DNA from: Chrysomallon squamiferum | Lineage: Eukaryota > Animalia > Mollusca | DNA: 64,000 nucleotides | Assembly: GCA_012295275.1 (NCBI GenBank) | Contig: CM022670.1 | Location: forward strand, 19,964,001 to 20,028,000 | Direction: 5' to 3' | Shown: positions 48,260-62,809 of the stretch, piece by piece | How the letters are laid out: every line of letters starts with the position of its first letter | Numbering within the stretch: position 1 is the first letter of the stretch | The notes under the pieces: generated by a model | The model's database searches: none | What the model was told of the DNA's origin: nothing | What the model saw: only the letters and a program-made list of their open reading frames with translations | Made by a program: the position numbers and the translations under genes

Positions 48260-49647
48260 AGATTCCAAAGTGTAAGTTAAACGGTATGAATATAAAGTAT
48301 TTTAAAATAATAAATAAATAAACAAACAAATAAATAAATAAATATTTATATTTCCAAGTTATTATTTTATTATTTCGGGTAGCATCAGTAGTGCATCAAT
48401 GAAAAATTAAAACTATGGCAAATATCTGACACTGATCTTTTAAACGACAATACTATAATGTCACTTCAAAAATACATATCAAGCTCATTAATCTTTTAAC
48501 TAATGTAGAATTACATTATATAAAATGATCAATAAGATTTTTCTTCTGCTTCTTCTTGTTCAATGGTACTATGATGTATGTAGTCCTATAGTTCTCAGCA
48601 CTGAATTTTTAACTAATAATTTACATGGGAGGTTCAGCAAGCAGGTCATCCTAGTGCTTTTCACCCATGGCAGTCTAAGACTGATCATATATTCGAAGAA
48701 GTTGTTGTTTGTTTGTTTTGTTTTGTTTTGTTCCTTTTTCTTTCTTTTTTTTTTTTTTTTTTTTTTTTTTATCGTCATTAATTAAGACAGAACATTATTA
48801 TCTGAAGTTTTGGTCTAGACTGCATTTTTAAAACATTCCTAAACGACATAATTAACTTTTCTTCTTTAAGCCTATATATAATATTCGAAAGAAAATAAAT
48901 ATTTTCTAAATAAATCCAATCAGTCCAAATATTGCGAAATATAATTTAGTAAAACATTTAGTGATTCGAAAAATATTTGACTCGTATTTAAACGAAAATA
49001 ATAATTTGTTTGTTTGTTGTTGTTGTTGTTTTTTTTAAATTAAAATTTCACATTTATTCTTGAACTGAACTATAATATATACTTAATATACATTTTTATT
49101 GAATTTTTTTTTTATATATATATAATTTGCTTTCTCGTAATAATGTAAATATAATGAATATCTATTAATGTCTTTTAAATTACCGTCAAGAATTCGTGTA
49201 GTCTATAACATGTTTATAATCGCCGACAAATAAATACGTTGCCATAGATTAATGAAAGTCTAGAATCATCAGTCGTACTATTTAATCTGCCTCTAAAAGC
49301 CCTATTACAGTCTACTATCTGTCAGCCGGCGTTGTAACTCGACTTTTGATATTTGTTCTATTTATAGCATACTCCCTATTGGCAACAGCAGCAAGAGAGC
49401 ACTGAAACGCAATCGTATGCTGGTAAACTTGCTGTCGTTTCTGTAAATATTATACCAGTTCATAAATACTCATTATTATTGTTTTTTGTTCTGTTTTTGT
49501 ATTAAATTTGTACATTTAGTCATGATATGATATTAAAATTAAGTAAAATGGCTTTAATGGAAAATGTATTACAAATTTCACTTTGGTGGATCGATCCTAC
49601 AAACCATCTACAAACCATCGTTACTTAAACAATATCGTCACTTTAGT

Positions 49648-49679
<32 letters not shown>

Positions 49680-50230
49680 GCCTCTGCGCGAAAATCTTTA
49701 GAACATATATTATGAGTTTCCTTTGTAATGAAACAATATTGTTTAAAAAAAAAAAAAAAAAAAAAAATATTTAGAAATTAAGAAGAAATTCAAAAAGTTA
49801 ATACAGTAGGTTTAATTTTCACAGAGTGGGCTTATTATATCAAAGACAAGTCCATTAGAGAGAGAAATTTCAATAAAATTAATTTCTACAACGGTTTTAT
49901 TGTTAGATTTAATGTAGGGAATGGATATTTCTGTCAGGTGCTAACTGAAATTACATGTACAGATTAACATAGAATATTATTATAATGCTCTTTTTGTTCT
50001 GTTAATTGTGCTTAAAACAGTTCAAATGTTTATCAGTTTTTGAAAACTAGTTTATAAATTATGTAAAATCAATTATAAAGTGAAAAAAACAGAGATATAT
50101 AAATTGATATATATAGACAGAAATGCAAACTGCAGACATTCATTTCAAGAGTGTGTATGTGTGTGTTTGGGTGTGCTTGTAAGTCTTTCAACATTCTAAA
50201 TATCTCTCCACTGTTTATTTCCGTATCTCT

Positions 50231-50487
50231 CAACAGTTTTGGGGCCCTGAAGCTTGAACTGTTACGGGGGCTTCGCAAGCAGGAACCAAATTTGGATAAC
50301 TACTTCTGTCTTCTTCACGGGCTTGTTCCAAGACAGATAATGATAAAAAATTTTAACAATTTTAACTACAGCATCTCAGATTAGGATTCCAATTTTAATC
50401 AATGTGAATTGAATGCGCTTCTGGGGTTTGTTGGATTAGGGGCTCTGAAGTTTAAGTTTCATTAGTTTCATAATAGATCCGCCCTTG
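50231..50487. mobile_element. Degenerate non-autonomous DNA transposon fragment (Harbinger-like terminus)
   Basis: GC-richer patch with duplicated GGGGC(C/T)CTGAAG(C/T)TT at 50241 and 50439, ending TAGATCCGCCCTTG (reverse complement of an AGGGGCGGATCTA-type terminus); matching left terminus not found. Confidence 0.45.
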
Positions 50488-50981
50488 TGTTTCACGTTCT
50501 CCTCTCTTTTGCTGAAAATATCAATTGGTTTTGCAGACGAATAGACAGACAGATACACAGAGTCAAGAAACCAGTCAGGAAGACAGAGAAGTAAATAGAT
50601 AGATCAGAAGCCGATCCAGGACTACAAAAAATAAAATACATAAATAAATAAATATTTTTAAAAAAAGATTGAGGTGGATATTACCTTCGATAAGAAACTA
50701 TGATTTTCATTAAAGCAAGAAATATTGATTCAGTGAAAAACTGGATACGAATATATCTAAAAAGAAGTCAGTAGAAAAAAACGGGTGAAAAAAACCTAAT
50801 TGGTACATAATTATATGCATACAGAGACAGCTGGTGCTGTTGCTAAACAAATCAAATCTTCAGTTTTGAAGTAATTTCAAACAAAAGTCCAATAAACAAC
50901 TAAAGCCGTGTCGAATGTTTCAAAAGTATTCAAGATATAAGCATGATTTTTATTTGTAAAAATTTTAAAAGTTTAATGGTC

Positions 50982-50982
<1 letters not shown>

Positions 50983-51036
<54 letters not shown>

Positions 51037-51245
51037 GTAATAATAATAATAATTTTAAAATGAAATTTAAAACTATATCTAACACGCAAAAGATTAGCAT
51101 GTTATCCCTCTGCTACGAATTACTTCCACCAACAGATAATGATAATTATTTGATAACGTTCACACACACACACACACACTCACACTCACACACACACACA
51201 CACACATACATATACACACACATACATATCGAGTACATACACATA
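50983..51245. repeat. (AAT)n and (CA)n/(CATA)n microsatellites
   Basis: AAT run at ~50983-51053 and CA-rich run at ~51161-51245. Confidence 0.92.
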
Positions 51246-52639
51246 AACAAATATACTTTTATTGATTTATATATAACAAAACAAAACAAATAGGAAGTTA
51301 TTTTTAACCAACTTGATAATATTATTTTTTTTAGTGATAGGTCAAACATTATTTTGTCTATTTTTTTATTTTATTTATTTAATTATTATTATTATTATTA
51401 TTTTTTTTTTTTATTATTTTTTTTTTTTTTTGACTGATAGAAATTTCACATAGATTGAATTGATCATTAAAAAGAACCTCGAAAAGGAAAACAAATATGT
51501 TAAAAGTTTTTTTTTCTTTAAATTATCTGTTGCCTAAATGTATCGTTTCGGTCGATTTGATTTCAGACATGCAGATTGTAATCATTCTCTTGAGGAAATA
51601 GTCCATTTCCAGTTCCACCATTTAATAAATCACTGCATTTATATCTTACAGTGTATTTTACTTTCTGCGTTCGACTTGCGATACTGATATAGAAATTCAA
51701 AATAATTTTTCTTTCTTATGTAATATTAATTATATTTTTGTTGTTGCTGTTGCTGCTGTTATTGCTCATCTATTTTTATAGATATTCATTGTTATATGCT
51801 ATTGTTGTTCGTTCATTAATTATTTTAATAAATTGTTTTTGATTTCTTTATCTATTTATTAAGCTTTTAACACGATAGATTTGGATAAATTCACCTAATA
51901 GAGAAAAACAGGAATGAATAGTTTTATGTGGTATAATAAATTCTTTTTGAATACATACTAGCATATATTAAGACAAAAAAAAAAAAAAAAATGTAATAAA
52001 ATATACTTTATGACACTTCATCACATTTTAATATAATGTATACTGGATGTCAGTCTTCACTCTTTCTTGAGAGAAAATTGTTATTGCCATTTAGTATGAA
52101 ATCTAAATTAATGTAGTTTTTATTCAGTTTTTTTCTTTCTTTCTTTCTTTCTTTATTATTTTATTTCTAAATGATATTTTCATACCGATGAATAATACTG
52201 AATAAATGCATAGGCTTATATTTCATACTGATCAAAGATTGCAGACGTAAATGATCGAAAATTATATATTTGCATGATAAACTATATTATACTGAAATTC
52301 ATGTGAAATCGCTAAAGAATATTTTTATTTTTCTTATTATTTATTTATTTATTTTGAATTATTTTTATAAATAAATTATTGAAGTATCAATAATTCATTA
52401 TTTGTTATAATCTAAATATTTACATTATATTAGTTTTCGTTGTTTTTATATTCTAATTAACAATACCATTACTATCATTATCAATACATACGAGTACTAC
52501 TACTAATACTAACCATAATGCTAATGCTAAAGCCAAGTGTTACAACTACGACAATTACAATTTTAACAACATCCACTAATCCTATTACTACTATATCTTC
52601 TGCGGTTGTTTTTTCTTCTACAATTTCTAATACTACTTT

Positions 52640-52735
52640 TATTACTAGTGCTGCTACTGCTGCTACTATGACTACTACTACTACTACTACTACTACTAAT
52701 AATAATAATAATAATAATGACGATGATTATGATTA
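52640..52735. repeat. Compound trinucleotide repeat (GCT/ACT/AAT/GAT)
   Basis: Successive CTG, CTA, ATA, ATG triplet runs. Confidence 0.85.
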
Positions 52736-53107
52736 ACCAGATCTTTTGACCTGGCTGGAACGGAAAATAGACAATGGCTTATAATGAAGAGTTTATCCTA
52801 TTTATCGTGCATAAGAGGAACACTCAAACTTTTTGAGTATTTTCAAAAACGGCAAAATAACATGAAATAATTTTTCAGCGTATAGAACACAGTTTCATCT
52901 ATGATTTGTTTATCAGTATTTCTTTAAAAACAATGTAATAAGTAGTTTTAAAAGAAATTGATTACATATTAATAATTATAATGTATTCTTTTATATGCAT
53001 TGAGGTGTCATTAAGCCAACATTTATTCATTTAATTTACAGAGGATTTGTTGTACTAAAATAATAATATTGAATTGATATATGCACTGCGTTATAATTAA
53101 TAATAAA

Positions 53108-53108
<1 letters not shown>

Positions 53109-53158
<50 letters not shown>
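53109..53158. repeat. (AAT)n microsatellite upstream of SCP2
   Basis: Perfect AAT run. Confidence 0.95.
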
Positions 53159-53159
<1 letters not shown>

Positions 53160-53189
53160 CTTGCTGTATAAATAATACTAATTATAGAA

Positions 53190-53362
53190 ACGTACAGATT
53201 ATCGGGCTTTCTCGAGAGGTATCAACCAACTTTTACGAATATTGACGGAAGTATCCGATTGACTTTCGGTAAGTAACGAAAGTGTATCGAGTCCAATGTT
53301 CGTATTGTAATAATTCTTGCAGGAAAACTGTTTTTAATGTTTGTAAAGTGTTAATCACGGAC
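53190..53362 (+). promoter_or_regulatory. Putative SCP2 proximal promoter / 5'UTR
   Basis: CpG-enriched patch directly upstream of ATG 53363 with ETS-type CGGAAGT at 53246-53252. Confidence 0.4.
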
Positions 53363-56300
53363 ATGGCAACAATGGGAAGAAAGGTTTATGTGGTTGGAGT
53401 TGGCATGACAAAGGTTAGTATTATTACCAAATGTCTTTGACATGAATGTTATTATTTTGCTAATCTGCATCAGTGCCTCTGGCGAATCCAGAAGAAAAGG
53501 ATGGGATTTCAGGCTTGTGACATTAAATTGTATCGTGTTTATGAATTCGGACCAAAGTGTACACCTTATTGTGTGTGTGCCTGCTTGCGTGCGTGCATGT
53601 ATGCACGAGAGCGAGATGAATGTTGAATGTTTGCATAATTTGTTATCCCTACCACCAAAAAATATATTTTTGAAATTTAATAAACTGTAATTCTTTAAAG
53701 TAGTATAAAATACATCAAGTTTTATACAATTTATTATTATATTTTTGTTTATATATACTAATGTGCCAACAAAATTTTATTTCAAAATATCAAACCCATA
53801 AACATTTACACACATTATTTTTATTATTTTTTTTTTTTTGGTTAAAGATAATCTTTTTATATATGTATATTCTTGGCAAATAATAATATATTTTATTTTT
53901 AATATTTTGTAGTTTGAAAAACCTGGCCGTCGAGATAATTTTGATTATCCAGACATGGCAAAAGAAGCTGGTAAGAAAAATAATCTTTTTTTTACATTCT
54001 TAAGAGATAGATTAATGTGTGTGTGTGTATATATATTGTCAAATAATAACACCCCGCCCAAAAAAAAAAATTTAACATTTTGCAAAATGTGTGGAATTTC
54101 CTAATTTTATTTGTAATCAGTAAGAGGGAAAACCCATAAAATAAAAAGATTCTGTAATTATATCATTGTTATTCTATAAAATGTCAAAAAGGTGGCTAGC
54201 AAAAAAAAAAACATCAAAATAAAAACCCAAGCAAACAACCCCTAATAAAAAAATTAGTACTTTTCTTTATTTTTGCATTAAAAAGAATTCAAGTAGAAAT
54301 AAAAATTTCATGATCTGTTTGTTTGTATGTGTTTTTGCATGTGACATTATGAGTAAATGTGAATATTTGCTTGTCTGTGAGTGTATATGAATATTTAGGT
54401 AAAAATATTTATTTGGTGTGTTTATAAATGGATTTCTGTTTGCATCAGTTGTGCATAGATATGCAGTTTTGAAAACAAGGCATGTAGGCCTGCATATAAA
54501 TGGATAAATATATGTTGATGTTTGTGTATATTTATATTTGGAAGTATTTGCATGTGTGTGTGTATATGTGTACATGTGTACATGTGCATGTATGTCTATG
54601 TTCATGTACATGTTTGCTTGTATGTGTGTGTAAGATCATATGTTAGGTACACAGACACTAAATGTATTTTTAATATTTTTCTCAGGTACTAAAGCTTTGC
54701 ATGATGCTGGAATCACTTATGACCAGGTAGAGCAAGCCTGTGTTGGCTATTGCTATGGTAACATTGTTTATTATGATTTATAAATATTAAATATATATTC
54801 ATAATGATAACCTTGAAATAACAGTTTGTCAGTAATAAATATCTTCAATGAATATTTATATTTGCTGTCACAAATACCTTTCTTACATTTGAAATGTTTA
54901 CTGCCATTAAATAATGTCTTTTCATACATATTAATTCAGCAGTAATAAAACTATATTAAATAAGTTGTTTAATATAACAAATAAAAACCTGGACCACAAT
55001 TTAAGTTATGTTGAACTAAAAGTTGGAATGGGACAAATTCTTATTGGCCCATTGACAAGGTTTAATTATTTGAACAAATCAGTTGAATTTCTCTGTTTTC
55101 AGTTTTGTAATATTCTTTCTTAAGAAAAACTTATTAAATCAATGAAATAAGTTTCACCTACTACAAGAAACTTTTGATCATACAGTTACCTTTGTTTGAT
55201 TTGGCTTTTTCAGGAGAAACAACTAGTGGACAAAGAGCCTTGTATGAACTGGGATTAACAGGAATACCAATTTATAATGTAAGTGAGCTGTGAATTCTCA
55301 TGTTGAGATTCTCAATGGTTAAATGTTACCTAATTTAAATATTATAATATTTTACTCTTCCAAATATTAATATGATACCTAGTTGGAGATAGACTATACA
55401 TATATATACACATACATATTTTTATTTTTGTTTTTTGTTTGTTTTTCTTGACATGTTTGTATTTCAAAAATGAATATCAAATTTTTAAGGTTAACAATGC
55501 CTGTTCAACTGGTTCCACAGCTCTGTTTATGGCTAAACAGTTAATTGAAGGAGGTATGCTGTCTCGTTTATTTTATTTAAAATATTAAGTTAGAGTCCAA
55601 TAAACAAGAAAATAAATAATTCCTTAAGTATTTTTTTTTTTTTTTTGAGTAAAGTAAAATCAGTTTATAAATGATCATATAATAGATTTTAAAAGAAAAC
55701 ACCATTGATATATATATATATATATATACATATGTTTTCTAGGAATTGCTGATTGTGTGATGGCTCTGGGTTTTGAAAAGATGAAGAGAGGTCCTCTTAC
55801 AAGTCAGGTATTATTTTATATTAATTTAATTAAACAAATTAATGTTTTAATCTTGATTATGATTAAGATTTTTTTTTTCATTTAAAAGCCATTAAATTTA
55901 CACATAATATTAAATCATGCAGAATTCATTTCTGAATTGCCAGTTTTGCTTAATATATTGATTGATATTTTTGTAAAGTAAATTATGAATAGTTAATCCC
56001 AAATTTTAAATATGGCTTTGCTTAAAAGAAATATCTTTTTCTATTTATTTAATTTTTTTTAAACTAAAGTTATTATTTTTATTATTTATCTCACATTACT
56101 TCATTTGATTTTATTTTAACAGCAGGATGATAGGACCAGTCCAATGGAAAAACATGTACAAGTCATGTTAAATACATATGGACTGGCACCTGCTCCATTT
56201 GCTCCACAAATGTTTGGAAATGCAGGCAAAGAACACATGCAGAAATATGGTAATGTCTGCAGATTCATTCACTAATAATAAATTAATTTGTTCTTAAAAA

Positions 56301-57543
56301 ATAATAATTGCATAAGTAATTCCTGTTATAAAATTAATAAATTAACTCATTCACTTTTCAGTAAAATTAAAATTTTATTTAAAAGTTTAAAAAATTATGA
56401 AAATTGCTGAAAGCTAATTAAATTTGACTATATTAAACTTTTTTATAGGCTTGATTTACTGTAATGGTGACATTAAAGCCAGAAAAACTATTCTAATTTT
56501 ATTTCTTTAATCTTAGATTTTGTTTGTTGTTGTTGTTGTTATTTGTTTGTTCGTTTGTTGGTTGGTTGGTTTGTTTGATTGTTGTTGATTTTGTTTTAAA
56601 GAAAGAATGATTATGCAGCATTAAAGCTTAATAACATACCATTCAATTTTGCTTCAGGAACAACTTTGGAACAGTTTGCAAAGATTGCTTGGAAGAATCA
56701 TAAACATTCAGTCAATAATCCGTATGTTTTCTAAATATTTTTTTTTTTTTTTTAATGTTAATATGGATCTTTCTGTCACAGACAAAATTAGCAATCTGAA
56801 ACAGAATTGGAGTATAGTAAATCCACAGAGTTAAGATTTAAAAATTTGTAATATCTTTTCTTATTTTTATGATTTTTTTTCTTCCTTTAAGACTAAAAAT
56901 ATACACATACTGATATAAACATACATTCATATACATTTTGTAATTTTATCTTGGTTAATTGGACCAAAACAAATCATGAAGTTTTGAAAAATAATTACTT
57001 CTAAAAATCTCCTGCTAGTTATAAAAATTAATTCAAAAGTAAAATCTTTTTGAAATTCAGAAACAGGTGAGATTATATAAGAGTGCTTTTGGTTTTTTTT
57101 TTTGTTGTTGTTATTATTTTTAATTATTTATTTTTACTTTTTGTAGATATTCAATTTCAAAAAGAATACACTTTAGAAGAAATTTTAGCATCACCAAAAA
57201 TCCACGACCCATTAACAAAACTGCAGTGTTGGTAAGTAGTAGTTAATCAGTATTTATTTTATTATTTTATTTTTATTTATTTTTATTTTTATTTTTATTT
57301 TTTTAAATGTTTTTCCCCTCTCATTCTACTTCATTTTATTTTTTATTTTTTATTTTTTGTCTGTCAGTCCAACATCTGATGGTTCTGCAGCTGCCATTGT
57401 GGTGAGTGAGGATTTCGTGAAAAAGCATAATTTACAAGCCCAGGCTGTTGAAATAGTTGCCATGTCAATGGCTACTGATTTACCAAGCTCTTTTGAGGAA
57501 AATTCATGTATTAAAATGGTAAGATATTGACTCATTTTCTCAA

Positions 57544-57583
<40 letters not shown>

Positions 57584-60500
57584 TTAAAAAAACAAAACAA
57601 AAATTGGAAGCAGATTCTCAGATTTTTGAGACGGCAGATTTGTGTAAAATGCAATGTTTTTCTTATTAAATCTTTATTAATAGTATTTTATTTTTGTAAT
57701 TATTGAATCTCATTACTTTTTCTAACTCAAGTCATATGTATGTATAGCTTTCATTTTATGATGCAGTAAGATCATTAATTACTATTCAGATTAGTCAGGA
57801 AGGATAATAACACGCTGTTATCTTGTATTAATTTATTTACAAGCTAGAAATAAAAGACAAATGCTATTTAGATGTATAAATTATGTTGTTGAAAAGATCA
57901 TAAATTAATTTTTTTTTTGTTCTTTCTTTTTCTGCTGTATGTTATTTTTTACCAAAATGTATAAAATATATATGTATTTTTTTCCCCACATACATATATT
58001 TTTTAATAATTATTTATTTTATTTTATTGTATTCGTTTCCATTTTGTTTTAAGGTTGGATATGATTTGACCAAAAATGCTGCAGATAAAGTCTTCAGTCA
58101 AGCAGGTAGCTGTATTGTATGTAAATAATATATTGTCTTAATTTATATTTATTTTTTATTATTTTTATTTATTTATTTATTTATTTATTTTGAAGCTGTC
58201 TAAATGATTACAGATTAGAATAACAATAAATGAGATACGTCTCAGGATTCAAGCTAGACTTATGTAATAGAGAGAATTGACTTTTCCCTCAAGACATACT
58301 AGGAAAAAGTGAAAAGCTTTAGGGAGAAGTGAGATTTTGTGAAGAAGAAATGAGATGATAAGCCAGATGTATTGAAAATGCCAAATATGTATTAGAACAT
58401 ACAACACAAATCTTTGTACACATCAGTGAACAGTTCAGTACTGGGTGGTCATTGACAAAAATGTTTTTCAAACTCTATGTTTCTTCCATTTTTACTGAAA
58501 TCAAAACAACCAATGTCTGGTCCATTTTCAGCAATCCTTATCAAGTCATTCAGTGTATTGTTGTTCATTCGTTTTCTAAATTTCGACTTGATCTGATTTT
58601 GCATTGAAAAACCCCTTTCACACTGTACTAGTGAGACAACATTAGGGTATATCAATTAACTGAATGGGATGAGAAAATTTGTCTTTGTTCTCCTTAAAAT
58701 TTTCAGTGAGGCTTGTAAAGGAAACAAAAAAGGTATTAATGCTCTTTACACAGTCTTCTTGGTGACTGAAAGCAAAGAAGGTGACTTAGAATTTTGTCAA
58801 GGGTTAAAAGTATGGTGAAGTTTAGTATAAACGGGCAAGTATTTGCTCATGTCAACCCCTAGGATGAACCCTGTATCTACATTAAATAAAGAATTTGTAA
58901 ACATCATAATAATATTTGTTTCTGTGTTGCGCCTTTGATAATTAAAAATAAAACCATTTTTAATCTGCAATTAAAATTTAAATGCTTCATATGCAGATAA
59001 GCTGAACAGTTAAAAGACATGTTAAATTTACTGTAAAAAAGAAAAGTAAAAGAAAACTCTTATATAATAATATTAATATCATTTTTCTCCTCATTCCTAA
59101 TGGTATAAATTTTGGCAGTCCTTCTTGAACTTATTTCTTGCAGATTATAAGTCAGAGGTTGTCTTTTGTTGTTTATTGCTGAGTTTTTTCATTGTGAAAT
59201 AAAATAATAAAAATATATCATTTTAGGGTTGTCTCGCAGTGATATGGATGTAGTTGAACTTCATGATTGTTTTTCATGTAATGAGTTACTGACTTATGAA
59301 GCACTGGGTCTCTGTAAGCCAGGTAAAGCAAACTGTCATCCATACCAATTTCTCCATGTCCTCTTTCTCTTTCTCATTGCTTCTATTTTTGTCATATCTA
59401 ATTTTTCCTCTTTTAATTAATGCATTGCAAAATACACAGTTAATCTGAATATTTTCCATGGTAGTATTTTCTTAACTATTCTTTCTACATATTTTCTTAT
59501 ATATGGTTGCATGTAATCATGCATATGGTACTGGATCATCAGTTTATACTTCGTAAAGAGGTATTCTTTTTCCATTAGTAGCACTGACTAAACAGGATAG
59601 TACCTGCCTTAATTATTATACCATACATTGAAATCTAATTAGAACAAGAAAACCTATCAGTCACATATCACACTGTAAAAGTAGATAAATATCTGAATTT
59701 TGAGAAAAATAACATTCATATTTGCCTTTATTTTTTGTGGGATTTTTTCCCCTCGTTTTTTTATTTTATTTTTTATTTTCTGTATTTTTTAAAATTATTA
59801 TTACTATTATTTGTTGTTGTTTTTTTAGGTCTTATTTTTTCCACCATTCAAACCAAATATGTAGTATATATAAAGTTTAACAGGTAACAGTAATGGTATG
59901 AATGATAGCAAAATAAAGGAAACCCTATAAAATTAGTTGTTTTATATCTTCATAGCTACAGAGATTTTGTTCTACAAAAATTGAAATCATAATTTATGGC
60001 TTCTCATACATAAATATGTAGTTCTGTCTGCAGTGAGAAATACTTCAAACTTGATAGAACTAGTGATTTGTTGCACTTCCATGATTTATATTTTAAAGCT
60101 GAAAAATGTTAAAATTGTTTCCTGTTCAGAAAGACCAGATAACTTGTGTTTCTTTTATTTTATTTTATTTTTGTTTTATTTTTGTTGTTGTTATTGTTAT
60201 TTTTTTTATTTTTTTAAAAAAACAAAATTCAATGCAAGCATGTGCTAGAAAATAATTAATTATTTAAATTTTTAAGTATTGTTTTAATTGGTTTAAACAT
60301 ACTAATAAAACAATTTCCTAATTATTTCTTAACAACACATTTATAAAATTTATTTTACCTTTGTTGTCTTGAATAAAAAATAAATATCTTCATTTCATAC
60401 CACTGGTTTTCCTGTAAATTATACTGACTTAGTTCATTCATTGTCTTAAATATTATTTCAATGGTATCAAAAATGAAATCGTAAATAAATTGTGAAAAGA

Positions 60501-60685
60501 AGATGGAAGGAATATCAATAATGAAAAATAAACATTTATCTGTTTTTGAATTATATATATATAAAAAAATTTATTATTATTATTATTAGACCAGCAAATA
60601 GATATTCATACAAATTATCCTTGTTTTTCTTTATAATAGTTTAAACTGTTATTTATATTTATTTATTTATTTACTTACTAACTTA

Positions 60686-60735
<50 letters not shown>

Positions 60736-61273
60736 TTTTTTCATTTGTCATTAGATGAACAGATGTTCAAAACAGTTATAATAGCATATTGTTATTTTTT
60801 TCTGGATTAAATATTGCAGGAAAAGGGGGAGATATGGTTGATCGAGGTGATAATACATATGGAGGAAAATATGTAATTAATCCAAGTGGTGGGCTCATTT
60901 CTAAAGGGCATCCACTAGGAGCAACAGGTAAATTATGTTTTCAATTTTTATTTCATACACACATTTAGCATTGACCTTCAGTGCAGTACAGATCAGTAAT
61001 ATCTCTGATAGTTTAAAATTTTGGAAAAGTTTAAATCCTTCTGAAAATATCACTTGAATAATTATTTGCAGATATATTTAGTTTAATTTGAACACATATG
61101 TTTTACTGAATGGTTTGCTTATACCATTAACAGAATAGATAATTTTGTAGTGTATGTTTAACAAAAGATTTTACTTTTACATGTTACTTAAAATTAGAAA
61201 TTAATTTGTAATAAATTAACTAGCTTTATAATTTTTAAAACATTATTATTATAATTTTTGTGATTATTATTAT

Positions 61274-61312
<39 letters not shown>

Positions 61313-62643
61313 CAGTATAAATAAAAGATTCATACAATAATAATATTTTTTAATAACATGTATCTATTCCATAAAAATCAATAATTGATATATGATATAT
61401 ATATATATATGGATTTTTTCTAATATTATTATTATTATTATTATTATTATTTTTTTTTTTTTTTTTTTTTTTGTCTACCAAAAATGTAATATCTTAAAAA
61501 TGTTTTTAAAAAAATGTTGTACACATTCGTTTGGTTGTCTAGATAATAGTATAATTTATTAGCAATCTGGAACAGCCAATCAAAATGCTCGTTTCATCAA
61601 GGGAACCAAGTTAGATTTCATATCTTCCGAACACAAGTGTTTGGTGTCTTGTTAGCCAAAAACTCTCATGTGATCATTTACCTTGTGATCTACATTGTAT
61701 GCAAAAATAAGGTATATGGAGATTTTATTATAAGTGTTTATGATTATTAGAAAGACAGTTTTTAAATTAAAAGATTATTAAATGATGAATGGCAAAAGTT
61801 CGAAGTTCGAAGTACGAAGTTCAGTTTTGAGTACATTTTGATCGACCTATGCCAGTAGTAGTAGGATACATTCTAAGTTTAAACAGTCAGAATATCCCGG
61901 TAATGATAAAATAATTTTGGACTGTATTATGCTTTAAAAGAACTTAATAACTGTTTGTACAATTTTTTATTTATTTTATTTATTTATTATTATTATTTTT
62001 TTCTTTCTGTGAACTCAAACTGGTTGTAAAAAAAAAAGAAAAAAAGAATCTTAATCAAATTAATGTTCATTAATTCATGTATATTCAGTTTATTGTAAAT
62101 AAATTCTAACAATACTCTTGGCTGTTTAAACTGATGTTGAGGTTTACTGTGGTTTTAAGTCATGTGGAAACAATTCATCTTTATATAAATTAGCGTGTGT
62201 CAAAATTTACACAAAACCTGGGTAGATAACTTTTACAAGTTTAAAAAGGAATAGTTTTAATATAGATGAAAATGGGTATTCTTTGATTTTCAAGAACAAA
62301 AGTACCAAAGTGGTCACAGTGAGTTAAAACAAAAGTGTAAAAACAAGTGTTGATCATGAGATGATGTGGTACATGAGTTGTTTTATCAGTTAAGATCATC
62401 TTGACAAGATTAGAGGCTAACTATTCATTATTCCTCTGTGACAAATCTGCTTCTATAAAGATAGTAATAATATTATCCTATATAACTACATTTAAATAAA
62501 TACAAGTTTTTTTATTTCAAAAAATGTTTCAGATGACACTCATTAGGTAATGTATAACTCACATAATAAAAACATGTATATCATATTGTATCCTCATCCA
62601 GGATTACTGAATTCTATTTATTTATTTATTTATTTATTAATTA

Positions 62644-62676
<33 letters not shown>

Positions 62677-62765
62677 TTACTTTTATTTTTATTTTCACTT
62701 CTGTATTGTCATTAATAATACTATCTTTGAAATGATCATTAAAATTCCCAATTAATTAAATACAC

Positions 62766-62809
<44 letters not shown>

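Noticed and set aside
50943-52736. Poly-Asn, His-Thr and poly-Thr ORFs
   Set aside because: Microsatellite translations with no splice or homology support.
53359-53370. X-box-like CATGGCAAC at the SCP2 start
   Set aside because: Explained by the codons ATG GCA ACA.
54267-54611. 114-aa minus-strand ORF
   Set aside because: Degenerate TG/TATG low-complexity sequence in SCP2 intron 2.
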